Below, piece after piece: positions 55,710 to 64,000 of a stretch of 64,000 bases of DNA. Both the position numbers and the translations under genes were made by a program. Below the pieces are notes generated by a model. That model searched no databases. It had not been told where the DNA came from and worked only from the letters and a program-made list of their open reading frames with translations. The stretch is from Bacteroidaceae bacterium (GTDB lineage Bacteria; Bacteroidota; Bacteroidia; Bacteroidales; Barnesiellaceae_A): assembly GCA_017935645.1 (NCBI GenBank), contig JAGBHF010000089.1:914-64913 (forward strand). Reading direction: 5' to 3'. How positions within the stretch are numbered: position 1 is the stretch's first letter; each line of letters starts with the position of its first letter.

Positions 55710-56539
55710 ATATCTTGTCTTTTAGGCCCTTGCACAAACATCATAATGGCTCCGGCAATGAGCATGACAATACCCGTAGCCATGGGCCACTTCCAGGGGT
55801 GACGCACCACCTGCACCACACAGCTCACTCCGTTGTTGCTCGGCTCATAGCCGGTAAGGTATATATCTTCGCTCCACGTACGAGCATAAGGATGGTTAAC
55901 CGAGAGTGTAACGTTCTCACCATCAATCAGCACATCGGCCTCGTACGACGAGGGGGCGCCATTGTCAAAATATTCGGCTCGAAAATCCTTCAATTGCATT
56001 TCGTATCCCAATATGGTCTTACGACCATCCACATAGTAGGCCTCATCGGTAGGACAATCGGGAATAACTACTGTGCGCATGATGTCGCTATCGGGTACAC
56101 CCCAAAAGCCGGCAAACAATACCAGCCATAGGCCTACGTGATTGAATATAAACCGCCATCTTATCCCCGCGACATTGCGCCATCCTCGCAACACAACCAT
56201 AGCCAACTGTGTGAGGACAAAGAATGTTGCTATCGCAAAGGGAAACGACATAACTGCCGGCTTGCGCTGCAAACCCATTATCACACACGCTATCACTACA
56301 ATCGACACCGAAAGCCACGAAGCCTCGGGCGAGAGGAGATAACGAGCCACAGCATTGCGTTGTCGCGCACGATATAGTTCTACAATCATATATAGCCACC
56401 CTGCCGCAATAATAACATTGAGCGGAAAACGGAACAACTCAACGGGTACATCACCCACAACAAGCTGTAACAACGCTGCTATTGCTACCATAACAACAAC
56501 TCGGAGAGAAACTACAATGCCGTTATATACTTTTGCCAT
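55706..56539 (-). CDS. ResB/CcsB-like cytochrome c biogenesis protein (short form)
   Basis: N-terminal TMs with 'FNHVGLW'. Periplasmic block 'LKDFRAEYFDNGAPSSYEADVLIDGENVTLSVNHPYARTWSEDIYLTGYE' resembles the ResB C-terminal region. ATGA overlap with ccsA. Confidence 0.7.
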   Translation of the reverse strand: MAKVYNGIVVSLRVVVMVAIAALLQLVVGDVPVELFRFPLNVIIAAGWLYMIVELYRARQRNAVARYLLSPEASWLSVSIVVIACVIMGLQRKPAVMSFPFAIATFFVLTQLAMVVLRGWRNVAGIRWRFIFNHVGLWLVLFAGFWGVPDSDIMRTVVIPDCPTDEAYYVDGRKTILGYEMQLKDFRAEYFDNGAPSSYEADVLIDGENVTLSVNHPYARTWSEDIYLTGYEPSNNGVSCVVQVVRHPWKWPMATGIVMLIAGAIMMFVQGPKRQDI

Positions 56540-56628
56540 TTATCTGCACAATTTGCCGTAAAAATACGCTTTTACAACCAATTCAACAAGAAATCAACAC
56601 AAAAACTGAAAAGAATTAGGCATATATC

Positions 56629-56666
56629 AAAAAAAAGAGTCGCTCCTAACGAGATAGAAACGACTC
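56629..56666 (-). terminator. Rho-independent terminator after the 56690-57433 gene
   Basis: Minus strand GAGTCG...CGACTC followed by TTTTTTTT. Confidence 0.55.
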
Positions 56667-56689
56667 AGTATAATTATATGTTGTATTTA

Positions 56690-57433
56690 TCAACCCACAA
56701 CTATATTGGCATCTTCAACAATCAGTGGATCTTGAATGCCGGGAGAAAAGACTTGACGATAGAGAGCACCCTGAGCATACATGGTAATAATCATCGATAC
56801 AAAAACACCGACGATAAAACACAACAAACCCGCAATACCCACAAGCAACGCAAGCAACAGGAATATAAAGATGCGACCTTGTACAGGGTATGAAGCCTTC
56901 CAACTCATCTTGAGTGCCTCAACAGGTCCTACACCACGATCTATCAACAAATAGGGTGCAAAGAAAAGTCGAATAGATATATACACAACCGGTACACAAG
57001 CCAATAATACCCACAGCGACATAGTAGATATAGCTGTAGGATCGAAAGCCGATAATGTAGTAATCGAAACACTACAAGATGCAGCACCTATGCCTATAAT
57101 GGCACATGCCGGTATAAGCATAAATATCGACATAATAATAGTAAGCACAACGAAATGCCACAATCGAGGCAACACCTCTTTAAATACGCCGAAACGAGGC
57201 TCTTCGCCATCAACAACTTCTATCGATAGACGAACAATACCCAATGACCATATCATACTGATAAAGAAATTGAGCAATAGAGCAATCACACCCACGCCTC
57301 CTTCGGCGGGAATAAACGATAAGAGCGTACTTACAACCGTATATGCCAACACCAAACCTAATGAAACTATAAAATGTTCCTTGGTATATTGCCATCCTGT
57401 CTTAATCGCTACAAAGGGACTTACCTTATTCAT
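56690..57433 (-). CDS. Polytopic inner-membrane protein, function unknown
   Basis: 247 aa with about 6 predicted TMs. No motif I can name with confidence. Confidence 0.5.
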   Translation of the reverse strand: MNKVSPFVAIKTGWQYTKEHFIVSLGLVLAYTVVSTLLSFIPAEGGVGVIALLLNFFISMIWSLGIVRLSIEVVDGEEPRFGVFKEVLPRLWHFVVLTIIMSIFMLIPACAIIGIGAASCSVSITTLSAFDPTAISTMSLWVLLACVPVVYISIRLFFAPYLLIDRGVGPVEALKMSWKASYPVQGRIFIFLLLALLVGIAGLLCFIVGVFVSMIITMYAQGALYRQVFSPGIQDPLIVEDANIVVG

Positions 57434-57552
57434 ATCTGCAAATTTTAAATTTTATAAATACAAAGATAAGAAATAATATTCTATTCTACCAAATGATTTG
57501 ACAAAACAGAGTATTTGCATTATCTTCGCACAACAAATCAAACAATCGCACT

Positions 57553-58212
57553 ATGAAAGTATCTATTTCGTCGCTTGTAGCCGAGGCATGTCCCGGACTG
57601 CGAGCCGGTATCATAAAAGCCTCGGTAATAAACAGCGAAACGAGTGATGCCCTGTGGGATGAGTTGCAAGCCGAAGCCACACGCATCGCCAACACATACG
57701 CCACCGACACCCTATCGAAACGCCCTGCAATCGCCGGCACTCGACAAGCCTATAAAACCTTTGGCAAAGATCCTGCCCGCTATCGCGTATCGTCGGAGGC
57801 CTTGTGTCGCCGTGCCATTCGTGGTCTCGACCTCTACCGCATCAACACATTGGTAGACCTTATCAACGTAGTATCGATGCGCTCGGGATACTCAATAGGA
57901 GGATTTGATGCCGACCGTATCGAAGGCGACATGACATTAGGCGTAGGTACAGCCGACGACTTGTTCCATGGCATAGGTCGCGGTGTACTCAACATTGAAG
58001 GTATGCCCGTGTATCGCGACAACGTAGGTGGTGTAGGTACGCCCACCAGCGACGAAGAGCGCACCAAGATAACAATGGACACCACACACTTGCTCATTAC
58101 CATCAACGCATACGCCACTGAGATGCCTCTCGAAGAGTGTATGCAATGGACTATCGAACTGCTTGAGAAGTATGCTCAAGCTACCAATATCGAGAGCTAT
58201 ATAATTAAATAA
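57553..58212 (+). CDS. B3/B4 tRNA-binding domain protein (PheT-beta-related, COG3382-like)
   Basis: 'RQAYKTFGKDPARYRVSSEAL.RR', 'INTLVDLINVVSMRSGYSIGGFDADRI' blocks. Confidence 0.65.
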   Translation: MKVSISSLVAEACPGLRAGIIKASVINSETSDALWDELQAEATRIANTYATDTLSKRPAIAGTRQAYKTFGKDPARYRVSSEALCRRAIRGLDLYRINTLVDLINVVSMRSGYSIGGFDADRIEGDMTLGVGTADDLFHGIGRGVLNIEGMPVYRDNVGGVGTPTSDEERTKITMDTTHLLITINAYATEMPLEECMQWTIELLEKYAQATNIESYIIK

Positions 58213-58226
58213 CAACACATACAACT

Positions 58227-58838
58227 ATGCAACTCGTCAAGATATACCCCGACAATCCCAACCGTCGAGCCATTCAACAGATAGTCTACGCATTGCGCGA
58301 CGGCAATATCATCATTTACCCCACCGACACACTATATGCCATAGGTTGCGATGCCCTAAATGTACGTGCTGTCGAGCGCATCTGTCGCATCAAGGGTATC
58401 GACCCCGCCAAAGCCTCATTGTCGATTGTATGTCAAGACTTGAGCGATGCAGCTCACTATGCCCGCATCGATAATACCACCCACCGCCTCATGCGCAAGA
58501 ACTTGCCGGGAGCTTTCACTTTTATCCTTCCAGCCGGCTCGGAGCTACCCAAGCTCTACAAGCAACGCAAGAGTGTAGGAGTGCGTGTACCCGACAACAA
58601 CATAGCCCGCGCCATAGTCGAAGAGTTGGGCAATCCCTTGCTGTCGACATCGATAGCCACCAACCACGACGAACCCGAATACACTACCAACCCCGAACTG
58701 ATAACCGAAGTATATGGCACACAGGTCGACTACATCATAGATGGTGGTGAAGGCGACATCGTAGGCAGTACAATCATAGATTGTACCAACGGAGAGCCCC
58801 AAATAATACGCGAAGGCAAAGGCGTGATAGAAGAGTAG
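58227..58838 (+). CDS. tsaC: L-threonylcarbamoyladenylate synthase (TsaC/YrdC family)
   Basis: 'YPTDTLYAIGCDA', 'RICRIKG', 'GVRVPDN', 'STS' and 'GEGDIVGSTIIDCT' blocks. Confidence 0.8.
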   Translation: MQLVKIYPDNPNRRAIQQIVYALRDGNIIIYPTDTLYAIGCDALNVRAVERICRIKGIDPAKASLSIVCQDLSDAAHYARIDNTTHRLMRKNLPGAFTFILPAGSELPKLYKQRKSVGVRVPDNNIARAIVEELGNPLLSTSIATNHDEPEYTTNPELITEVYGTQVDYIIDGGEGDIVGSTIIDCTNGEPQIIREGKGVIEE

Positions 58839-58917
58839 TATTGCAAAGGGTAAATAGGCATTGAAACTTTTTAGTAAATTTTTAATTGCTGAAATTTTTC
58901 AACAATAAAAAATATAC

Positions 58918-58925
58918 TAACTTTG
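58918..58925 (+). promoter_or_regulatory. Candidate -7 promoter box (TAACTTTG) for mdh
   Basis: Exact TAnnTTTG match 61 nt upstream of the mdh ATG. Confidence 0.45.
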
Positions 58926-58985
58926 TGGCTACCTTAAAGGAACAATAAAATTAACTTAAAAACAACTACATAAACAATTACAATT

Positions 58986-59921
58986 ATGTCAAAAGTAACC
59001 GTTGTAGGCGCCGGTAACGTAGGCGCAACATGTGCAAATGTATTGGCATTCAAAGGTATTGCCGACGAAGTAGTATTGCTCGATATCAAAGAAGGTGTAT
59101 CGGAAGGTAAAGCAATGGATATGATGCAAACAGCTCAACTGTTGTGCATGAACACCGTTGTTAAGGGTGTAACCAACGACTATTCGGCTACAGCCGGTTC
59201 TGACGTGGTTATTATCACATCAGGTATTCCCCGCAAGCCCGGTATGACTCGTGAAGAGCTCATCGGTGTAAACGCCGGTATCGTTCGCTCGGTTGTAAAC
59301 AGCGTACTCGAGCACTCACCCAACGCTATCATTGTATGTGTAAGCAACCCCATGGATACAATGACTTACCTCATCCACAAAGTAACCAATCTCCCCAAAA
59401 ACCGCATCATCGGTATGGGTGGCGCATTGGATAGCTCACGCTTCAAATATTTCTTGAGCCAAGCCCTTGGTGCTAACGCCAACGAGGTAGAGGGTATGGT
59501 AATAGGTGGTCACGGCGACACTACTATGATTCCTTTGAAACGCTTTGCTACATACAAAGGTCTCCCCGTATCGGGTCTTATCCCCGCTGAGCAACTCGAC
59601 AAGATTGCTGCTGACACTATGGTAGGTGGTGCTACATTGACCAAATTGCTCGGCACATCGGCATGGTATGCTCCCGGTGCAGCTGCAGCTATGGTAGCAT
59701 CGGCTATTATCCACAACGAAAAACGCATCATCCCCTGCAGCGTTATGCTCGAAGGCGAATACGGCCACAGCGACCTCTGCATCGGTGTTCCCGTTGTATT
59801 GGGTAAAGAGGGTATCGAGCGCATCATCGAACTCGACCTCAATGCCGAAGAAAAAGCACTCTTCGACGCCAGCGCAGCTGCTGTTAAGAACACCAACGCT
59901 GCTCTCGCCGACGTTCTCTAA
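58986..59921 (+). CDS. mdh: Malate dehydrogenase (LDH-like MDH)
   Basis: 'KVTVVGAGNVGATCA', 'ITSGIPRKPGMTR', 'GGHGDTM'. Confidence 0.9.
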   Translation: MSKVTVVGAGNVGATCANVLAFKGIADEVVLLDIKEGVSEGKAMDMMQTAQLLCMNTVVKGVTNDYSATAGSDVVIITSGIPRKPGMTREELIGVNAGIVRSVVNSVLEHSPNAIIVCVSNPMDTMTYLIHKVTNLPKNRIIGMGGALDSSRFKYFLSQALGANANEVEGMVIGGHGDTTMIPLKRFATYKGLPVSGLIPAEQLDKIAADTMVGGATLTKLLGTSAWYAPGAAAAMVASAIIHNEKRIIPCSVMLEGEYGHSDLCIGVPVVLGKEGIERIIELDLNAEEKALFDASAAAVKNTNAALADVL

Positions 59922-59944
59922 TATTGTAGATATAATTCAAACAG

Positions 59945-59978
59945 AACGCGACCACTTTGATGTCAAAGTGGTCGCGTT
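59945..59978. terminator. Bidirectional terminator hairpin between mdh and fhs
   Basis: AACGCGACCACTTTG-ATGT-CAAAGTGGTCGCGTT, a perfect 15-bp stem. Confidence 0.75.
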
Positions 59979-60001
59979 GCGTTATATATGGAATCTTAAA
60001 A

Positions 60002-61672
60002 TCACACGATACCTTCAACGTTTCCATCCTCGGCGAGGTGGATGTTGACGGCTTGCGGTGTTTTGCTCAAGCCGGGCATGCGCATGATGTCGCCTGCAAG
60101 GGCTACGACAAATCCACTACCGGCATTGAGTTCGATATCTTTAATGTTGATTTCAAATCCTTCTACGCTACCATAACGCTTGGCATCGGCACTGAATGAG
60201 AATTGAGTCTTGGCAATACATACGGGAAGGTTGCCCATGCCCCACTTCTCTATCAATGCAATCTCTTTCTGAGCTTTAGGACCAAATACTACCGAACCTG
60301 CGCCGTAGATATTCTTGCACACCTTGGTAATCTTCTCTTTGAGGCTATCCTCAAGATCGTAGGCATAGTTGATGGGTTGCGAAGGTTGTGTTTCAATAAG
60401 TTCCACTGCTGCTTGAGCCAAGTCGGCTGCACCGGCGCCTCCTTGTGCATAGGCGTTATTGATAACGCAACGTACGCCCAACTTGTCACAATGCTCCATT
60501 ACCATGGCTATCTCATCGTCGGTATCGCTGGCAAAGCGGTTGAAACATACCAAAACGGTCTGTCCAAACTTACGCAAGTTGGCCACATGACGGTCGAGGT
60601 TGGCAAAACCTTGTCGCAAACCCTCGGCATTGGGCAACTTAATTTCAGTCTCAGGCACACCGCCATGCATCTTCAACGCAAGGGTCGAGGCAACGAGAAC
60701 AGTAAGGTCGGGCTTCAATCCGGCTTGACGACACTTGATATCGAGGAATTTCTCAGCACCGAGGTCGGCACCAAAACCGGCTTCGGTCACAGTATAATCG
60801 GCCCACGTCATAGCCATACGGGTTGCTATAACAGAGTTGCAACCATGCGCAATATTGGCAAACGGGCCACCGTGAATAATGACAGGATTGTGTTCTGTTG
60901 TTTGCACAAGGTTAGGATTGATAGCATCCTTCAAGAGAGCTACCACAGCACCTGTCACACCCAAGTCGTCGACTGTGAAGGGAGTATCGTCATAACGTAC
61001 ACCGAGTACAATGCGACCGACGCGCACATAGAGGTCTTCTACGCTACGAGCAAGGCAAAGGATAGCCATAATTTCCGATGCAGGAGTGATATCAAAACCG
61101 GTCTCAGTAGGGATACCATTAGATGAGCCACCCAATCCCGATACGATATTGCGCAACGAACGGTCGTTCATGTCCATTACACGACGCCACATTACCTTCT
61201 TCAAGCCTACTTGCTTCGAACGATTGTGATAGAGATAATTATCGAGCAAGGCTGCTATCAGGTTATTAGCCGATGTAATGGCATGGAAGTCACCGGTAAA
61301 GTGAAGGTTGATATCCTCCGAGGGCAACACCTGTGCATAACCGCCACCGGTAGCACCACCCTTCATACCGAAACAGGGACCCAAAGATGGCTCACGCAGG
61401 GCTATAATAGCATTCTTGCCAATGTAGTTCAAACCCATACCCAAGCCTATGCTTACGGTAGTCTTTCCCACACCGGCCTTGGTAGCGGTAATAGCTGTAA
61501 CAAGAATGAGGTGACTCTTGGCAACCTTCTTCTCATCAATCAACTTATACGGCACTTTGGCAATATACTTTCCATAATTAAATACTTCTTCATCGGGGAA
61601 GCCCACTTGAGCGGCAACCTCTCGGATGTTTTTCAGCTTCGTTTCACGAGCTATTTCGATGTCTGTTTTCAT
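60002..61672 (-). CDS. fhs: Formate--tetrahydrofolate ligase
   Basis: 556 aa. '[11 protein letters not shown]', '[15 protein letters not shown]', '[12 protein letters not shown]'. Confidence 0.95.
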   Translation of the reverse strand: MKTDIEIARETKLKNIREVAAQVGFPDEEVFNYGKYIAKVPYKLIDEKKVAKSHLILVTAITATKAGVGKTTVSIGLGMGLNYIGKNAIIALREPSLGPCFGMKGGATGGGYAQVLPSEDINLHFTGDFHAITSANNLIAALLDNYLYHNRSKQVGLKKVMWRRVMDMNDRSLRNIVSGLGGSSNGIPTETGFDITPASEIMAILCLARSVEDLYVRVGRIVLGVRYDDTPFTVDDLGVTGAVVALLKDAINPNLVQTTEHNPVIIHGGPFANIAHGCNSVIATRMAMTWADYTVTEAGFGADLGAEKFLDIKCRQAGLKPDLTVLVASTLALKMHGGVPETEIKLPNAEGLRQGFANLDRHVANLRKFGQTVLVCFNRFASDTDDEIAMVMEHCDKLGVRCVINNAYAQGGAGAADLAQAAVELIETQPSQPINYAYDLEDSLKEKITKVCKNIYGAGSVVFGPKAQKEIALIEKWGMGNLPVCIAKTQFSFSADAKRYGSVEGFEINIKDIELNAGSGFVVALAGDIMRMPGLSKTPQAVNIHLAEDGNVEGIV

Positions 61673-61690
61673 TTCATTATCTATTTAAGA

Positions 61691-63721
61691 TTAATTATCA
61701 AGTTCTATAAGTTTTAATTTATCTTCAAGTTTAAGCATTTCATCACGCAATCGGGCCGCTTCGATAAAGTCCATTTGTCGAGCCGCATCGAGCATATCCT
61801 TGCGGGTGCGCTCTATGGCCTTTTGCAACTGAGGCGCGCTCATATAAGATACAATCGGGTCGGCTGCAATGTTGGCCGTAGGCGTATACTCATGAGCATA
61901 CGGCACGGGAGTTGCAGCCTCTTTATCGGCACGAGTGAGTATGTCACGTCGAGCCTTATTGATGGCTTGCGGTGTTATGCCATGAGCCTCATTGTAAGCC
62001 AATTGTTTCTCCCGTCGGCGGTTGGTCTCGTCGATGGTGAGCTGCATGCTATCGGTCATCTTATCGGCATACATAATCACTGCATCGTTAAGGTTGCGGG
62101 CGGCACGACCCACGGTCTGTGTAAGCGAACGGTGCGAACGCAAGAAACCCTCTTTATCGGCATCCAAGATGGCCACAAGCGATACCTCGGGCAGGTCAAG
62201 TCCCTCACGCAAGAGGTTTACACCCACCAATACGTCATACACACCACATCGCAAGTCCTCAAGAATCTGTATACGATCGAGCGTATCCACATCGGAGTGT
62301 ATGTAGTTACTGCGTATCCCCAAGCGCAACAGGTAGTTATTCAACTCCTCGGCCATACGCTTGGTAAGCGTAGTTACCAATACACGCTCATTGCGTTCAA
62401 TGCGCAATTGTATCTCTTCGAGCAGGTCGTCTATCTGGTTAAGACTCGGACGCACCTCGATGACAGGGTCAAGCAATCCGGTAGGTCGTATAATCTGTTC
62501 TACAAATATACCCTCACAACGGTTCAACTCATAATCGGCAGGCGTTGCACTCACATAGATGGTTTGTTTCACCAACGACTCAAACTCCTCAAACTTCAAC
62601 GGGCGATTGTCTACGGCAGCCGGTAATCGGAAACCATACTCCACCAAGTTCAACTTACGCGATGCATCGCCACCATACATGGCACGTATCTGTGGCACGG
62701 TAACGTGACTCTCGTCGATGATAACCAAGAAGTCGTCGGGGAAATAATCGAGCAAACAGAATGGTCGCGTACCGGCGGCACGTCCGTCGAAGTAACGCGA
62801 ATAGTTCTCTATACCCGAGCAATATCCCAACTCACGAATCATCTCGACGTCGTAAGTAACACGCTCGTATAGTCGCTTAGCCTCATACTCTTTGCCTATG
62901 GAGCGGAAGAAGTCGACCTGCCGTCCCAAGTCGAGCTGTATCTGCTCAATGGCACGAGCTATACACTCCTTGGTAGTAACAAATATATTGGCCGGATATA
63001 TTTTGTAGGCATCGAACGACGCTATACGCATGCCCGATACGGGGTCGATTGTCGAGATACTCTCTATCTCGTCGTCCCAAAAGACTACCCGCAATGCCGT
63101 CTCGTCATAGGCCAAATAGATATCGACCGTATCGCCTTTGACACGAAACGTGCCACGCTTAAACTCCACCTCGTTGCGCGAATACAACGCATCGACCAAA
63201 TGACGCAAGAAGTCGTTACGATCGAATCGAGCACCCACCTTTATCTCAGTGACATTGGAGTGAAAATCTTGCGGATTACCTATACCGTACAGACATGATA
63301 CCGATGACACCACCACAACATCCTTTCGGCCCGAAAGCAGTGCCGACGTTGTAGCAAGCCGCAGGCGGTCTATCTCGTCATTGATAGCCAAGTCCTTCTC
63401 GATATAAGTATCGGTAGTGGGTATATAAGCCTCGGGCTGATAGTAGTCGTAGTACGATACAAAGTAGTGTACGGCATTATCGGGAAAGAATGATTTGAAC
63501 TCGCCATACAACTGAGCCGCCAACGTCTTGTTGTGGCTAAGAATAAGAGTTGGTTTTTGCACACGTTCAATGACATTGGCCATTGTAAACGTCTTGCCCG
63601 ACCCCGTAACGCCCAACAAAGTTTGAGCAGGGATACCATCCATAACACCCCTACTCAACTCATTTATAGCCTCGGGCTGGTCGCCTGTAGGCGCAAATGG
63701 AGAAACCAACTTAAACTCCAT
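61691..63721 (-). CDS. uvrB: Excinuclease ABC subunit B
   Basis: 'GVTGSGKTFTMA', 'DESH', 'LREGLDLPEVSLV', C-terminal UVR domain 'FIEAARLRDEM'. Confidence 0.95.
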   Translation of the reverse strand: MEFKLVSPFAPTGDQPEAINELSRGVMDGIPAQTLLGVTGSGKTFTMANVIERVQKPTLILSHNKTLAAQLYGEFKSFFPDNAVHYFVSYYDYYQPEAYIPTTDTYIEKDLAINDEIDRLRLATTSALLSGRKDVVVVSSVSCLYGIGNPQDFHSNVTEIKVGARFDRNDFLRHLVDALYSRNEVEFKRGTFRVKGDTVDIYLAYDETALRVVFWDDEIESISTIDPVSGMRIASFDAYKIYPANIFVTTKECIARAIEQIQLDLGRQVDFFRSIGKEYEAKRLYERVTYDVEMIRELGYCSGIENYSRYFDGRAAGTRPFCLLDYFPDDFLVIIDESHVTVPQIRAMYGGDASRKLNLVEYGFRLPAAVDNRPLKFEEFESLVKQTIYVSATPADYELNRCEGIFVEQIIRPTGLLDPVIEVRPSLNQIDDLLEEIQLRIERNERVLVTTLTKRMAEELNNYLLRLGIRSNYIHSDVDTLDRIQILEDLRCGVYDVLVGVNLLREGLDLPEVSLVAILDADKEGFLRSHRSLTQTVGRAARNLNDAVIMYADKMTDSMQLTIDETNRRREKQLAYNEAHGITPQAINKARRDILTRADKEAATPVPYAHEYTPTANIAADPIVSYMSAPQLQKAIERTRKDMLDAARQMDFIEAARLRDEMLKLEDKLKLIELDN

Positions 63722-63732
63722 TGCGCACCATT

Positions 63733-63927
63733 TTATCTACCCTCCTCGGGTATTACCAACCAACAGATAAGGTATGCCAAGAGTCCGGTACCACCCAACA
63801 ATACAGCCAACAGCCATACAATGCGAATGATACTTACATCCAAGCCAAAGAAATTAGCCAATGCTTGACATACACCTGCTATTTTTCGTCCTTCACGAGG
63901 ACGCATGATTTTTTTTCCGTTTTCCAT
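63733..63927 (-). CDS. PspC domain-containing small membrane protein
   Basis: 'GRKIAGVCQALANFFGLDVSIIRIVWLLAVLLGGTGLLAYLICWLVIPEE'. Confidence 0.75.
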   Translation of the reverse strand: MENGKKIMRPREGRKIAGVCQALANFFGLDVSIIRIVWLLAVLLGGTGLLAYLICWLVIPEEGR

Positions 63928-63957
63928 AATTATGTTCTTGATTTATGTGATACAATT

Positions 63958-64000
63958 GCAAATATAATAAGAAATGAGCAAGAAACATGAAATTTACTTC
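63958..64000 (-). repeat. Partial copy of the intergenic repeat family (cut by the window end)
   Basis: gcaaatataataagaaatgagcaagaaacatgaaatttacttc aligns with the first 43 nt or so of the 53309 and 9415 copies (gcaaa.ata..ga.a..gag..a.gaa.a....aa.tttactt). Confidence 0.5.

Noticed and set aside
1-64000. Mobile genetic elements, prophage, integrative elements, and defence systems (RM, TA, CBASS, retron and similar).
   Set aside because: I recognised no integrase, transposase, recombinase, phage structural, reverse transcriptase, methyltransferase/restriction or toxin-antitoxin motifs in any ORF. The only composition-deviant block (23.6-27.0 kb) has no mobility genes or flanking direct repeats that I could see.

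Overview
This window reads as a 64-kb chromosomal segment from a Bacteroidales-type (Bacteroidota) genome. That call rests on gene content, TAnnTTTG-type -7 promoter boxes, and many T9SS C-terminal sorting domains. I support 53 protein-coding genes. One of them, a 54-aa rubredoxin, is absent from the ORF track because it is shorter than 60 aa. I did not recognise any rRNA, tRNA, CRISPR array, transposase, integrase or prophage gene.

Most of the window is housekeeping:
- a complete porP-gldK-gldL-gldM-gldN type IX secretion core operon (27.2-33.5 kb)
- a full histidine-utilisation operon, hutU-ftcD-hutI-cyclodeaminase-hutH (43.5-49.9 kb)
- hflX-thioesterase-dprA and phoH-purC-ubiE operons
- mutY, mdh, fhs, uvrB, rluD and tsaC
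- a TolC/HlyD/ABC-2 efflux operon
- a ccsB-ccsA-triheme peroxidase module

The accessory-looking parts are:
- a T9SS cargo block at 0-9.3 kb, with two large adhesin-like proteins and two tandem secreted endonuclease I paralogs
- an A+T-rich three-gene secreted-protein module directly downstream of gldN (23.6-27.0 kb)
- a CotH lipoprotein gene

The feature least explained by gene annotation is a recurring intergenic repeat of about 60-75 bp. It usually occurs as a tandem pair, always in the same orientation, upstream of minus-strand transcription units (9.4, 33.5, 41.8, 53.3 and 64.0 kb). It carries a conserved A/T hairpin. A second oddity is an orphan promoter box followed by a perfect 11-bp GNRA hairpin in the mutY/hut divergent region.

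I found no clear candidate for a wholly new multi-gene system. The findings are ranked with that in mind. All functional calls come from motif recognition by eye, and no database search was run.
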